DNA of 24,497 bases, taken from positions 1 to 24,497 of the IMG/VR virus record IMGVR_UViG_3300034374_006030. One strand, given 5' to 3'. The notes beneath the pieces are model-generated. The model was not told the origin of the DNA and made no database searches. It worked only from the letters and a program-made list of their open reading frames with translations. The translations under genes and the position numbers were made by a program. Source of the DNA: a virus (lineage: Duplodnaviria; Caudoviricetes). Position 1 is the first letter of the stretch; every line of letters starts with the position of its first letter. Below, in pieces: positions 14,293-23,675 of the stretch.

Positions 14293-17200
14293 AATCTACT
14301 GATTTGTTCTAATCTTGAATTTATTTTGTTTGTATCCTGTATGTCGTTATACAATACATATGTTTTTATCGGTCTTTGGTTCTGTTTTCTAATCTCCTGA
14401 ACCAATGCGGAGTCATCAACCGATAATGCTCTACCACCAGTGGATACATTTATCTGTGATAATAGATCCGAGAATTGTGCGGCAGCATTCTTATTTATAA
14501 TTGCCTCACCACCTTCCAATACCAATCCTCCATTCATCATAACTCCACCTTCTTCGTGTGATGCTCCCATAACCAATCCACCCCTTCTCGCTGGAACGAA
14601 TTGTTGTCCTTTAACGAAATTTATTTGGTCTTGAATGACAACACCCTGAGCAGCACCAATACCTCCATAAATAGCGGCGAGGATTTGTCCGGCAGGTGGT
14701 GGAACTGTTGCGAGTGCTTTTAGAACTGCCTGTGCTGTATTCGCAATGGAACTCGCCAAACTAAATCTTAACTCGGTTAGACGAGCCTTCTTTTCCAATT
14801 CAAATCTCTGTTTCGCAATATCCTGCCTCAATTCTTCTTGTATTTGTTTCGCTCTTTCCGTTTCATCACCTATGGACGACATAGCCAGTTCCTCATAGTA
14901 ATCCAATTCTTGTAATTGTAGTGAAATGGAAGCCGCTAAAACACTTTGAATACCATTACTGATATTTGTAAATTCTTCAATTACCTTGTTTGCGAAATCT
15001 TGAACAACCTCAATTTGTTGTTGGAACTCAATGGAATCAATCAACTTTTTTAAGTTCTCAATTTGTTCTTCTGTAAGGTTTGTTGATTCTGCCGATATTG
15101 TTGAAAAATATTCTTTAACAGAATCAATCTGTTCTTCATTTGATATAATGAATTGTTGTAATTGTTTGAATTGAGAATCACTTATTTGTTCTCCTTGTTT
15201 TGCGATATTCTCTTGAATCTTTGTTAAAGCATCACCAAGTTTTACAGCAACATCTTGTGTTTCTTGGTATATCTTTGTCTGATCTACAAGGTCTGCGTTT
15301 ATATCCTCAATCAACCCCTTTTGAACATCTGTTAATTCATTAAATCTTTGTCCCTCAAAAACTCTCATAGATATTGTGTCCAATATCGCATTATTTAATT
15401 CTTTTGTTGTTACTTCATTCTCAATAGCACTGTCTTGTAAAGCGACAATGTCAGTTAATAACTTACCATAATCTACATTTATACCATTTAATTCCTCTGC
15501 TTTTGATACAATCTCATTTAGATTTTTTAATTTCTCATCATAGGTTTTTTGGTCAATATCTCCTAAATCTAATTGTTGTTTTAGATTTTCTCTTAACTTA
15601 TCTTGTGTCTCAAGAGTTTTCTTTAGAGTTTTATCATAATCTTTCCATTTATTGTCTATATCAACTGTTTTTTGGAAGAAGTCCAATAGTATTCTTCTTT
15701 GATCTTCATCAAGTTCGTCCATACTAATTGAATCAAGAGTATCTCTTAATCTATTCAATCTATTTATTTCAAAATCAGAATCCCCCCCATCACCAAATAA
15801 TAAAGTAGATACAACACCATCTGTTGATGCTTCATCACTTGATGCGTATTCATTTATTGAATCTATGGAATAAAGTATTTTTGCGAAAGCATCTTGATAA
15901 GCAGTTACATTTTCATCTTCAGGTAGTTTTATTCCACCGATTGCGATTGCTAATTGTCTTGTTAAATCAAGTTGTTCTTTTGTTTCACCAATACTCGTTC
16001 CAATAATATCCAATCTCTCTTCCAATAAAGCATTTTGGTCTTCAATAAGTTTGTTTGCTTTTCCAACAATTTCTACTTCACCTCTCGTCTCTGTTGCGAG
16101 TGTCTTTGTCGCTCTGGCAGTTTTCTCTATAGTTTTGGTAAGTTGTTCCAATAACTTATCATATTCAGCATCCAACTTATTTCTATTCTCCTTTTCCTTA
16201 TTTCTACTCTTAACATTCTTGTCAGATTTCTCTCTCTCCTTTCTTAACTTGGCTTCATTCTCATTCAAACCATCAAGAATTTCAAGGTATATCTTTTCAT
16301 ATTTTTCAACCTCCTTTGTGACTTCTCCAACTGCTTCTGCTTGGTTTTCTGCTGCTTTCGTTGCCCTTGCGGCATCGGCGGTAAAGAATCCATAAACAGT
16401 TGTATATTTAGAAATTGCGAATAAACCCTCTTCCCACCAAGATAAATTATCCTCCAATGAACTTGATTGTGCTTCTATCTGTTCTTTTAACGCATCTGTT
16501 AATAACGCACTCGCTGCCTCAGCCTGTGCCTTAAGTAAGATATTGTCTCTCGCCAATTCCAATCTCTCATTGAGTATATCTAACGCATCGGCTTGGTCTA
16601 ATGTTATATCCTCTGTTATAACACCCAATCTATTGAGTTCTTCAAGGGCTTCCAATCTCTCTCCCTCACTCTTCGTAACATCACTTACAATACCTGCGTA
16701 GAAGTCAAGTTCCACACTTGTCTTTGCGATACTTTTCTGTGCTTCCTTATTTATCTCCCCAAACCTATCAGCCTCCTCATTTGATTTGAATATCGCTGCT
16801 GTTAATTTATCCCAATTCGCAATCAATGCTCCAATCGCCACAACCGCAGCACCAATACCTGTGGAGATAAGGGCTATTCTAAACGCTTTGAGTGCTCCTG
16901 TGGATGTTCCAACAATAGCGGCATATGCTGCTTGTAGTCCTGTCGCTATTCTCGTTTGGATGTTCGCTGCCTTTTCTGTGACAACTCTTTTTAACATATT
17001 CGCTTGAACCAATCCTTCGGCAACTGCTCTAACACCTAACGCTATATTGACTGCTTCAAGGGCTTGTTGTTCCAATCGTTCAACCTCTTCAACTGTTTCT
17101 GCGTCAGCACCAAATGTTCTGGCTGCTGATGCGGCAATTAAGAATGAACCACTGACGAGTTCTAAAGCCCCACCAATAGCAGATAATTTTTGTTCTGTAT

Positions 17201-17414
17201 CTAACCCCTCAAATTCCTTCTCTACATCCTTAAACTCGGATTTTAACTTATTGAGTTCTGCTGCGGTTCTCTTATATTCTTCTGAACCGAAATCAAGGGT
17301 TTTTAACTCATTACTTAAATCCTCAATAGCACCCTCAAGTTCGTTGATGTTCTTAATAACCTTACCTTCACCCTCCGAACTATATTTTACTTTAATTGCT
17401 AATGTCTTTGCCAT
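14289..17414 (-). CDS. Tail tape measure protein
   Basis: 1041 aa, helical/coiled-coil. Hydrophobic ALISTGIGAAVVAIGALIANWD segment and C-terminal GG.V.G.SHE.GGV...EGGEAIINK. Confidence 0.85.
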   Translation of the reverse strand: MAKTLAIKVKYSSEGEGKVIKNINELEGAIEDLSNELKTLDFGSEEYKRTAAELNKLKSEFKDVEKEFEGLDTEQKLSAIGGALELVSGSFLIAASAARTFGADAETVEEVERLEQQALEAVNIALGVRAVAEGLVQANMLKRVVTEKAANIQTRIATGLQAAYAAIVGTSTGALKAFRIALISTGIGAAVVAIGALIANWDKLTAAIFKSNEEADRFGEINKEAQKSIAKTSVELDFYAGIVSDVTKSEGERLEALEELNRLGVITEDITLDQADALDILNERLELARDNILLKAQAEAASALLTDALKEQIEAQSSSLEDNLSWWEEGLFAISKYTTVYGFFTADAARATKAAENQAEAVGEVTKEVEKYEKIYLEILDGLNENEAKLRKEREKSDKNVKSRNKEKENRNKLDAEYDKLLEQLTKTIEKTARATKTLATETRGEVEIVGKANKLIEDQNALLEERLDIIGTSIGETKEQLDLTRQLAIAIGGIKLPEDENVTAYQDAFAKILYSIDSINEYASSDEASTDGVVSTLLFGDGGDSDFEINRLNRLRDTLDSISMDELDEDQRRILLDFFQKTVDIDNKWKDYDKTLKKTLETQDKLRENLKQQLDLGDIDQKTYDEKLKNLNEIVSKAEELNGINVDYGKLLTDIVALQDSAIENEVTTKELNNAILDTISMRVFEGQRFNELTDVQKGLIEDINADLVDQTKIYQETQDVAVKLGDALTKIQENIAKQGEQISDSQFKQLQQFIISNEEQIDSVKEYFSTISAESTNLTEEQIENLKKLIDSIEFQQQIEVVQDFANKVIEEFTNISNGIQSVLAASISLQLQELDYYEELAMSSIGDETERAKQIQEELRQDIAKQRFELEKKARLTELRFSLASSIANTAQAVLKALATVPPPAGQILAAIYGGIGAAQGVVIQDQINFVKGQQFVPARRGGLVMGASHEEGGVMMNGGLVLEGGEAIINKNAAAQFSDLLSQINVSTGGRALSVDDSALVQEIRKQNQRPIKTYVLYNDIQDTNKINSRLEQISRL

Positions 17415-17432
17415 ATCTATAAGTATTTTATT

Positions 17433-19964
17433 TTAACAAGTATTCGTTGCTAATAACCCATCATTATCAACCACAATATATGTAAATGGTATTCCAACCT
17501 CTCTAACAAATCTACCAACAGGGAGTGGGGTAGAACATCCTGAATCAGAATATACATAACAACCACTATTCAATGATGAACAATTAGAATACACTGTTGA
17601 TGATGCTACTGTTCCACCACATACATCACTTTCCGAAAGTGAAGTATATGCTGTAATCGTATAACAGAAACCAGGAGTCGGAGTAGGTGCCGGAGTGGGT
17701 GGTCTCGTAACAGATTGTTCTGTATAATCGGGAGCAACCAGTGTTGGACTTACCGTTCTATATGGGAACTTAATAAATCTACATTTCACCATACTCTCTT
17801 CTGTTATATCACCATCCTTAATTTCATACAACCTCCAAGTAGAATTTAAGAAAGTAACCTTGTCGTTGAATGTCACATCTGTAATATCTTCAGGAGTCAG
17901 TTTGAACATCCCCTCAAAGAACTTAGCGTCATCAGAATATAACTGATTTATATACTCTCTATAGAATTGTCTATATGTGTTATATTCAGTGTATATCTCA
18001 AATGTCGTCGCTTTGGACTTAAAGAAATCCCAAGTAGGTTGGAAGTTTATATCACTAAAAGGAATACTAATATCCTCAACCAGTTGTGATAGGTGATTCA
18101 TAGCAGGATAATAACTATGAGCGACAGAAGTAGCACCTGAAGCCACATAAAAATCTGATAATGTCGTAGCAGTAGTGGATGTATAGAACGGAACTAAACC
18201 ACAATAGAACCCAATCTTCATACCGGTTGATACAGGTTGTTCTTCTATATCTGCTCCTTGATTTCTTATGTATAATGAAGGTATTACCATAGTCGTTCCT
18301 TCATCACCCACTGCGAGACAAGGCATGGACTCAAACTTTATTTTAACATCTTGATTTCCTGACAATATCTGTGATTGTTTATAGAATATCCTATCACCAA
18401 ATACCTCATTAAAGTTGTCAAAGTAATAAACACTCAACTGGTCTTTACCTTTCTCTTTTGAGAAATTGATTTGTTGTTTCAAAGAATAGTCCAACGGCTC
18501 AATAGAATAGGGTAAATTTAAGTCCAATTTGTTTGACCAATCCCTATCCTCACCTGAAGAGAGATATGTTGGATATGGTTCTATTTTGAAGTTTCTTTCA
18601 CCTTCAGATATGGAGGTTAGATTGAATAATGCGATGAGGTTCTTAAAGAAATCCAATCCATTCATACATTCAATATTATCATCAAACTTAATATTGCCCA
18701 GTGTAGGAATTATTGTAGGTGAAACATATAACTCATAATCAGATTCATTACTACTAAAAGCAACATTGTTGTTTGGTGCTCCTGCTGGTGAAACACGATT
18801 GAACTGAACTGAAACTCTTTGTCCTTGTGTAAGTGTCACATCAAATACAAAATTGAATACGGAAGCACTCTTTCTAATTCTTATGTTTTGATAGGTATTA
18901 TCCAATACCGTTCCCGTATCTATATCTCTCAATACAACATTGATATATGTGGATTGTAATACAAATCCTGTTAAAAATATTTCTTGTGATACACGGAATC
19001 TATATAACCCATCAATCGGCACTGTAAAGTGATTCGCACCAGTACCAGGTCCAGTATCGGGGAAACCACTTATCGTATATGAATTGAGATAATCAAATTC
19101 TTTATTGTTAAAAACTATCGTTTGATAAGTGCTCGGATTGTCAGGGGCTTCATAGTAATATTCTCCCCCTTGATAATTTACTCTAAACAAGTTTTGGTTT
19201 TCGGGTCTCTCACCAATAACCTTTGTTGCTGAAGTATCACTTGAAGTGGCAGATACAAATATACTCTTAAAATAATCTGAATCAAAGAAATCAGATGTAT
19301 ATGTAAATCCCGCTTTTGTGAAACACTTATCCAAAAGATATTTTGCGTTTATCCAAGGCTTGAATTGTTCCACACTAATAGGTGTTCCTGAATTCGTTAT
19401 ACCTGATAAAGAAAAATCCCATAATGAGTATGTCACTTCGGGGTCATAACCAGTATGTGCTAATGGATATAATATCTTACCTACAATACCTGAATAATCA
19501 TCGTATGAACCACCTGAATAATTCCAAGTGGAGACAATATTATCATAATTTACAATATGGTCAATATCATCAAATTCCAAATCACACAATGTAAATCCTT
19601 GAAGAGCAGTAGATAGATTTGATGTTTCTTCAAGAATGAAAATTTCGTATAATGTTCCATTTGGAGTAATTGTTATTTTATTTAATCGTAAAGAACCCCT
19701 GAATATATCAGCACCTTGATTTTGAACCAGACAATCGGTTTTCAAGGTTGAATTGAAATCAGTAGCATTTACATCAAATGCTGACTGAAAGAATTTATCG
19801 TTAGTAATTGAAGCAGGTATATCAAAACTCTTGGAATATGAACCCTTCCTCTGTGTAATATCTTCAATCTCCTCAATCGTCTTATTAAGAGAAATTGCCA
19901 GATCTTCACTTAAGTCAAGATTTACCCAATCACCGTTTTTGTCTTTTGCTATTAACTGAACCAT
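17433..19964 (-). CDS. Large tail-tip/baseplate-hub-like protein with C-terminal Pro/Thr linker and Cys-rich domain
   Basis: LDL.ED..ISLN..IE.IEDI..R..SYSKSF.IPA...N..FF N-terminus and internal FNL...IEP...DWS.KLD. Adjacent to the tape measure gene. Confidence 0.7.
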   Translation of the reverse strand: MVQLIAKDKNGDWVNLDLSEDLAISLNKTIEEIEDITQRKGSYSKSFDIPASITNDKFFQSAFDVNATDFNSTLKTDCLVQNQGADIFRGSLRLNKITITPNGTLYEIFILEETSNLSTALQGFTLCDLEFDDIDHIVNYDNIVSTWNYSGGSYDDYSGIVGKILYPLAHTGYDPEVTYSLWDFSLSGITNSGTPISVEQFKPWINAKYLLDKCFTKAGFTYTSDFFDSDYFKSIFVSATSSDTSATKVIGERPENQNLFRVNYQGGEYYYEAPDNPSTYQTIVFNNKEFDYLNSYTISGFPDTGPGTGANHFTVPIDGLYRFRVSQEIFLTGFVLQSTYINVVLRDIDTGTVLDNTYQNIRIRKSASVFNFVFDVTLTQGQRVSVQFNRVSPAGAPNNNVAFSSNESDYELYVSPTIIPTLGNIKFDDNIECMNGLDFFKNLIALFNLTSISEGERNFKIEPYPTYLSSGEDRDWSNKLDLNLPYSIEPLDYSLKQQINFSKEKGKDQLSVYYFDNFNEVFGDRIFYKQSQILSGNQDVKIKFESMPCLAVGDEGTTMVIPSLYIRNQGADIEEQPVSTGMKIGFYCGLVPFYTSTTATTLSDFYVASGATSVAHSYYPAMNHLSQLVEDISIPFSDINFQPTWDFFKSKATTFEIYTEYNTYRQFYREYINQLYSDDAKFFEGMFKLTPEDITDVTFNDKVTFLNSTWRLYEIKDGDITEESMVKCRFIKFPYRTVSPTLVAPDYTEQSVTRPPTPAPTPTPGFCYTITAYTSLSESDVCGGTVASSTVYSNCSSLNSGCYVYSDSGCSTPLPVGRFVREVGIPFTYIVVDNDGLLATNTC

Positions 19965-20704
19965 TATGTATTCTGTCTTCTTTCAGGGAAACCACCTTTA
20001 TATTCTATTGATATAGATACTTGATTCGGTCTTTGGAAGTTCGGTTTAACTACCTCTGAATTGGTTAATATGATGGGATATAAATCACCCTCATCGTCAA
20101 TCAACCATACACTTGAACTTCTCAATAACTCTTCTGTAATCCAATCAGCATCTGACTTTGGTATTATACCTGTATGTAATATACCCGTTAATGCTTGTTG
20201 TGTATTCCACACTTTATTTTGTGGATTCCAACCATAATAACTCACCTCATCCCAACCTTCAGTATATAACTTTGGTGCTTGTTGGAACTCCTGTCTTGAT
20301 ACATCATATCCCGTATCTTCTCTACCTCTAAATGTATAATAATCTAGAGTCCCCAATGAATTAACCCAACATACTTGTTGAGAATTGACAGAACAATTAT
20401 TATCAAAGTAGAAATAGAAATACTCTGATATTCTCTCAAAATCCTGACAATTTGTCGGGGGTTGTGGAACTAATCCACAAGGACATTGGAGATATGCTGC
20501 CGCATAAGTGGGATAGAATGTTGCGACATTTATGTGGAATGTTCCACCACCACCTAATGCTTCAATTTCATATACTTGGTTAAACCAACAGAAGAACTCA
20601 CCTGGTTGTCCAAAACCTGAACCATAATCGTTTCTCATCATAAACCTCTGACCAGTACAACGATTGGTTGCCGTAAAAAATGTATAACTACCTAAATCTG
20701 CCAT
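19964..20704 (-). CDS. Tail structural protein (distal-tail-like, C-terminal half)
   Basis: WVNSLG.LDYYTF, L.TG.I......W..EELL.S..VW and PI.LT motifs. TAATG-coupled on both sides. Confidence 0.55.
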   Translation of the reverse strand: MADLGSYTFFTATNRCTGQRFMMRNDYGSGFGQPGEFFCWFNQVYEIEALGGGGTFHINVATFYPTYAAAYLQCPCGLVPQPPTNCQDFERISEYFYFYFDNNCSVNSQQVCWVNSLGTLDYYTFRGREDTGYDVSRQEFQQAPKLYTEGWDEVSYYGWNPQNKVWNTQQALTGILHTGIIPKSDADWITEELLRSSSVWLIDDEGDLYPIILTNSEVVKPNFQRPNQVSISIEYKGGFPERRQNT

Positions 20705-21909
20705 TATCTACATAATCCTAAATTGTTTATTACTACATCAGCGAATGGTGGGAAACCTGTAAATCCAGGTTCAACACAAGAACATACAACAACAGATGTT
20801 TCAGGAGCAACTGTGAATGGAACTGTTGAACCATTATCACAATCCTCATAAGACATTGTAGCCGTCTTAACCTTATCTATATTTGATATAGAGTATCTAT
20901 AACAAGTAGAACATCCCAATGAACTCGTAGAAGGAGTGGGTGTCGGCGTCGGAGGTGGGGCTGCTGTCGGTGGAACATAACCTGAAGGTAATGGAGTATT
21001 ACTTGGTGTCGGAGTCGGTGGAATAGGATCGTCAATACTCTTCTGTAATGACACTCTATAGTATTTCACATCTGGTGGAAACCCTACGTGTTGTTCCACG
21101 TTCTTTGGATATGCTCCAACATAACAAACCATCTTCTTATACCAGTCAGGTAGTAGTGGTTGAACTGATGTATCCTCATCACAGTTATATCTCCATCCAC
21201 CATTATACATAACATTATATGTTACACCTGATGTAATCAGTGTATCATTCGCATCAAAGTATTCTACCAACGCACAGAAGACAGAATCGGAATCATCGTC
21301 TTCAGGATCAGTAAAGAAATTGAGTGCCGATAATGTCCCCCAATCACTCTCTCTAACATATTGTATTCTCGGTGCGTTTGTTAAATATCTATGTGTATCT
21401 CCATTAATATCATTTGGTGGATTGTTCCCCAAATAGAACGGAGATAAATCAGTTTCTTTATCATACCATTCTTTTATTGAATTACTAACGAACCTATCAT
21501 CAGATGGTTCAAATATGGGGTCACCAGTCCCTCCTGTCCCGTTATATAGTATAGGGTCTCCATCAGGAGTTAATGAGTATTCCTCACCTATTAAAACGTT
21601 GTATATCAACCAATCTGCGTCCATCCAACCCCAATCTGCTTTGGATAGAGGTTGTGCCGATGTTCTAATCCCTTCATTACGAGGGGTTGATTCCATATAT
21701 GATTGTAGAATACGAGCAATATCTACTTGACCCCAATAGGTGTCTTGTGGTGTGACTTTCAATCTCGCAATCTTTTCATTGTTCATATAAATGTCAAATA
21801 CAAAACGGAACTTGTATGTTGAATTCATTTGTGTTGAATCAACCTTATATACAATATTCCCGTATGCGTTTGAATATCTATCAGGGTATGATACTGAATT
21901 TATTGCCAT
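20704..21909 (-). CDS. Tail structural protein (N-terminal half) with Pro/Thr linker and Cys-rich C-terminal domain
   Basis: YKFRFVFDIY, G.VDI.RILQSY, GEEY and YLTNAP motifs. PT tract at ~20925-21030. Confidence 0.55.
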   Translation of the reverse strand: MAINSVSYPDRYSNAYGNIVYKVDSTQMNSTYKFRFVFDIYMNNEKIARLKVTPQDTYWGQVDIARILQSYMESTPRNEGIRTSAQPLSKADWGWMDADWLIYNVLIGEEYSLTPDGDPILYNGTGGTGDPIFEPSDDRFVSNSIKEWYDKETDLSPFYLGNNPPNDINGDTHRYLTNAPRIQYVRESDWGTLSALNFFTDPEDDDSDSVFCALVEYFDANDTLITSGVTYNVMYNGGWRYNCDEDTSVQPLLPDWYKKMVCYVGAYPKNVEQHVGFPPDVKYYRVSLQKSIDDPIPPTPTPSNTPLPSGYVPPTAAPPPTPTPTPSTSSLGCSTCYRYSISNIDKVKTATMSYEDCDNGSTVPFTVAPETSVVVCSCVEPGFTGFPPFADVVINNLGLCR

Positions 21910-22463
21910 TATTCATATATTATTTCCATACTATTATTTGAGAGTAATACAATACTATCTATTACCTCATCTATATCAAGTCCTAACTCCGCATATTCCT
22001 CTTTCTGTAGGATTCTATCTACTATGTCCTCAAAGAGTTCAAATGCTTCGTTTTCAAATGCCTCTTCTGTAAATAAGTCCAAAGCAGAATAACCCCTCTT
22101 ACCGATGTTTTTTGCGATTGCGATGGATATACCCGTCTGTTGAGTTAAAGTCAAACCAGCAAAGGTAGGAATCGTTTTAACCCAATCTCTAATGGGTCTA
22201 TATGGTGGGGGTTTTGCTCCCGCTCTTCTACCTTCTCCAAATAGAATGTCAGCACCATAATCCTCCATATAAATCAATATCTCATCGTCTTGAATTACCA
22301 CATTAACAGATCGTTCCAAATTACCTGAACCATATATCTTTCTTGGTGATGGGGGTATTGACCCACCAATCTTATTCATACGATTGAATTTCTTGGAACG
22401 GATTCTATCACGAACCCATTTCTGTAACTCAACACTTACCTCGTTTAATAGTTGTTCGTTCAT
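21909..22463 (-). CDS. Neck/tail-completion protein (HK97 gp10 / Mu G-like)
   Basis: SGNLERSV...MEDYG....GRR.G.KPP....I..WV...IA..I.KRG pattern. Confidence 0.55.
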   Translation of the reverse strand: MNEQLLNEVSVELQKWVRDRIRSKKFNRMNKIGGSIPPSPRKIYGSGNLERSVNVVIQDDEILIYMEDYGADILFGEGRRAGAKPPPYRPIRDWVKTIPTFAGLTLTQQTGISIAIAKNIGKRGYSALDLFTEEAFENEAFELFEDIVDRILQKEEYAELGLDIDEVIDSIVLLSNNSMEIIYE

Positions 22464-22882
22464 AGACAGAATGTTCCTTCTGCTCTGAATGTAATACTGG
22501 CTTCCACACCAGCAATATAAACAGAGAGTTTATCCAAGAATGGTGTGAATGTAACGGGGGTTATTACGTGATATGTTGATGTGGTTAGTTGGTTTGTATA
22601 ATACTCAAGAAAGTCCTGTAATATCATATAACACTGTTCAACAATATCCACTTGATTCGTCTTAACATCATCCAACATATCACCAATAATAATCTGAAAA
22701 TTGAAATCAGTATATTGGTCTGATGTTGTTGATGTTGTCGGTATAACGTGTAATAAAGGATACTTAAGGGGTTCTTTATCTTGACCTGTATCAGAAAGAT
22801 TACCAAACGTAAATGTCTCTATTACGGGGTGTTGTGAAGCGAATGCTTCAAAACTATCTATTATGGACTTGAAATTATTCAT
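22460..22882 (-). CDS. Putative tail terminator/completion protein
   Basis: 140 aa with HP.I..F.FG...D, YPLLHV.P and PF.D......AG pattern. Confidence 0.55.
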   Translation of the reverse strand: MNNFKSIIDSFEAFASQHPVIETFTFGNLSDTGQDKEPLKYPLLHVIPTTSTTSDQYTDFNFQIIIGDMLDDVKTNQVDIVEQCYMILQDFLEYYTNQLTTSTYHVITPVTFTPFLDKLSVYIAGVEASITFRAEGTFCL

Positions 22883-23675
22883 CGTTTGTTTTTTCGTCTT
22901 AATTTATCTAATTCTTCTTTCTCCTTCTTCCTCTTACTGATTACATATAATAAATATGAAAGTGCTTCCTGAAGATTGAGTTTCAATACATCGTTCATCT
23001 TTAATGGGTCTTCTTTTGACAATACCATATAGGTGTCATAATAGAAGTCCGTTAATGACTTTAACTTTTCTTCGTGGGTTCTGTCGTCTGGCGGACTGAC
23101 TCCATCTCCTTCATCTTGGCTTCCATATAATCCTTTTGCTTGCTGGTAAGTAATCCGGCGTATTTCAAAAAAAAAAGCATGGCAGATAAAATATCCTTAA
23201 CAAGAAAATCCTTCATATCAACACTTCTACCGAGTGACTCATCGTAATCATATAACTCTGTTGTGTATTCACCACTATCAAGGTCGTATGTCTTACAGGG
23301 TTGGTATAATACTGATGCTAAATGTTTTAAGTCATATTCTTGTTGAGCCGTCAATACTTCCAAATCTGACCATTGTCCCCAAGTCATCGTTGATGGTTTT
23401 GCCAATCCATACATTACACCCTTATAGTTTATGAGGGGTCTTACATTACTCTTGGTTGTGGAGTTATTGAAATAGTTATTCAATACCTTACTGACAAATC
23501 CTATCTGTTGGACTGTAGCCTTCCGTATTTCCTTTAACTCAATCCCTGTGAGTAGAGATATGTATTCAGCATTTTTAATGTCTTTACCCTCCTTATTTAT
23601 CTTTTTGATTTCTTCATATTGGTTTATGGTTACACCTTCTAACTCATATTCCTTTGTTCCTAATACTATGTTCAT
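22879..23675 (-). CDS. Predicted -1 frameshift product of the tail assembly chaperone (G-T type, 265 aa)
   Basis: The -1 frame from the T10 run is open to a TGA at 22881-22879, which overlaps the next ATG (ATGA). It fills an otherwise empty 178-bp gap. Confidence 0.7.
23061..23675 (-). CDS. Putative tail assembly chaperone (short form, 204 aa)
   Basis: TINQY, MTWGQW.DLE, LY.P and SAMLFFL motifs. Slippery run at codons 167-170. Confidence 0.65.
   Translation of the reverse strand: MNIVLGTKEYELEGVTINQYEEIKKINKEGKDIKNAEYISLLTGIELKEIRKATVQQIGFVSKVLNNYFNNSTTKSNVRPLINYKGVMYGLAKPSTMTWGQWSDLEVLTAQQEYDLKHLASVLYQPCKTYDLDSGEYTTELYDYDESLGRSVDMKDFLVKDILSAMLFFLKYAGLLTSKQKDYMEAKMKEMESVRQTTEPTKKS
23167..23176 (-). 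other. Slippery site T10 (ATG CTT TTT TTT TTG AAA)
   Basis: A10 on the + strand. Contains the X XXY YYZ heptamer T TTT TTT. Confidence 0.75.
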
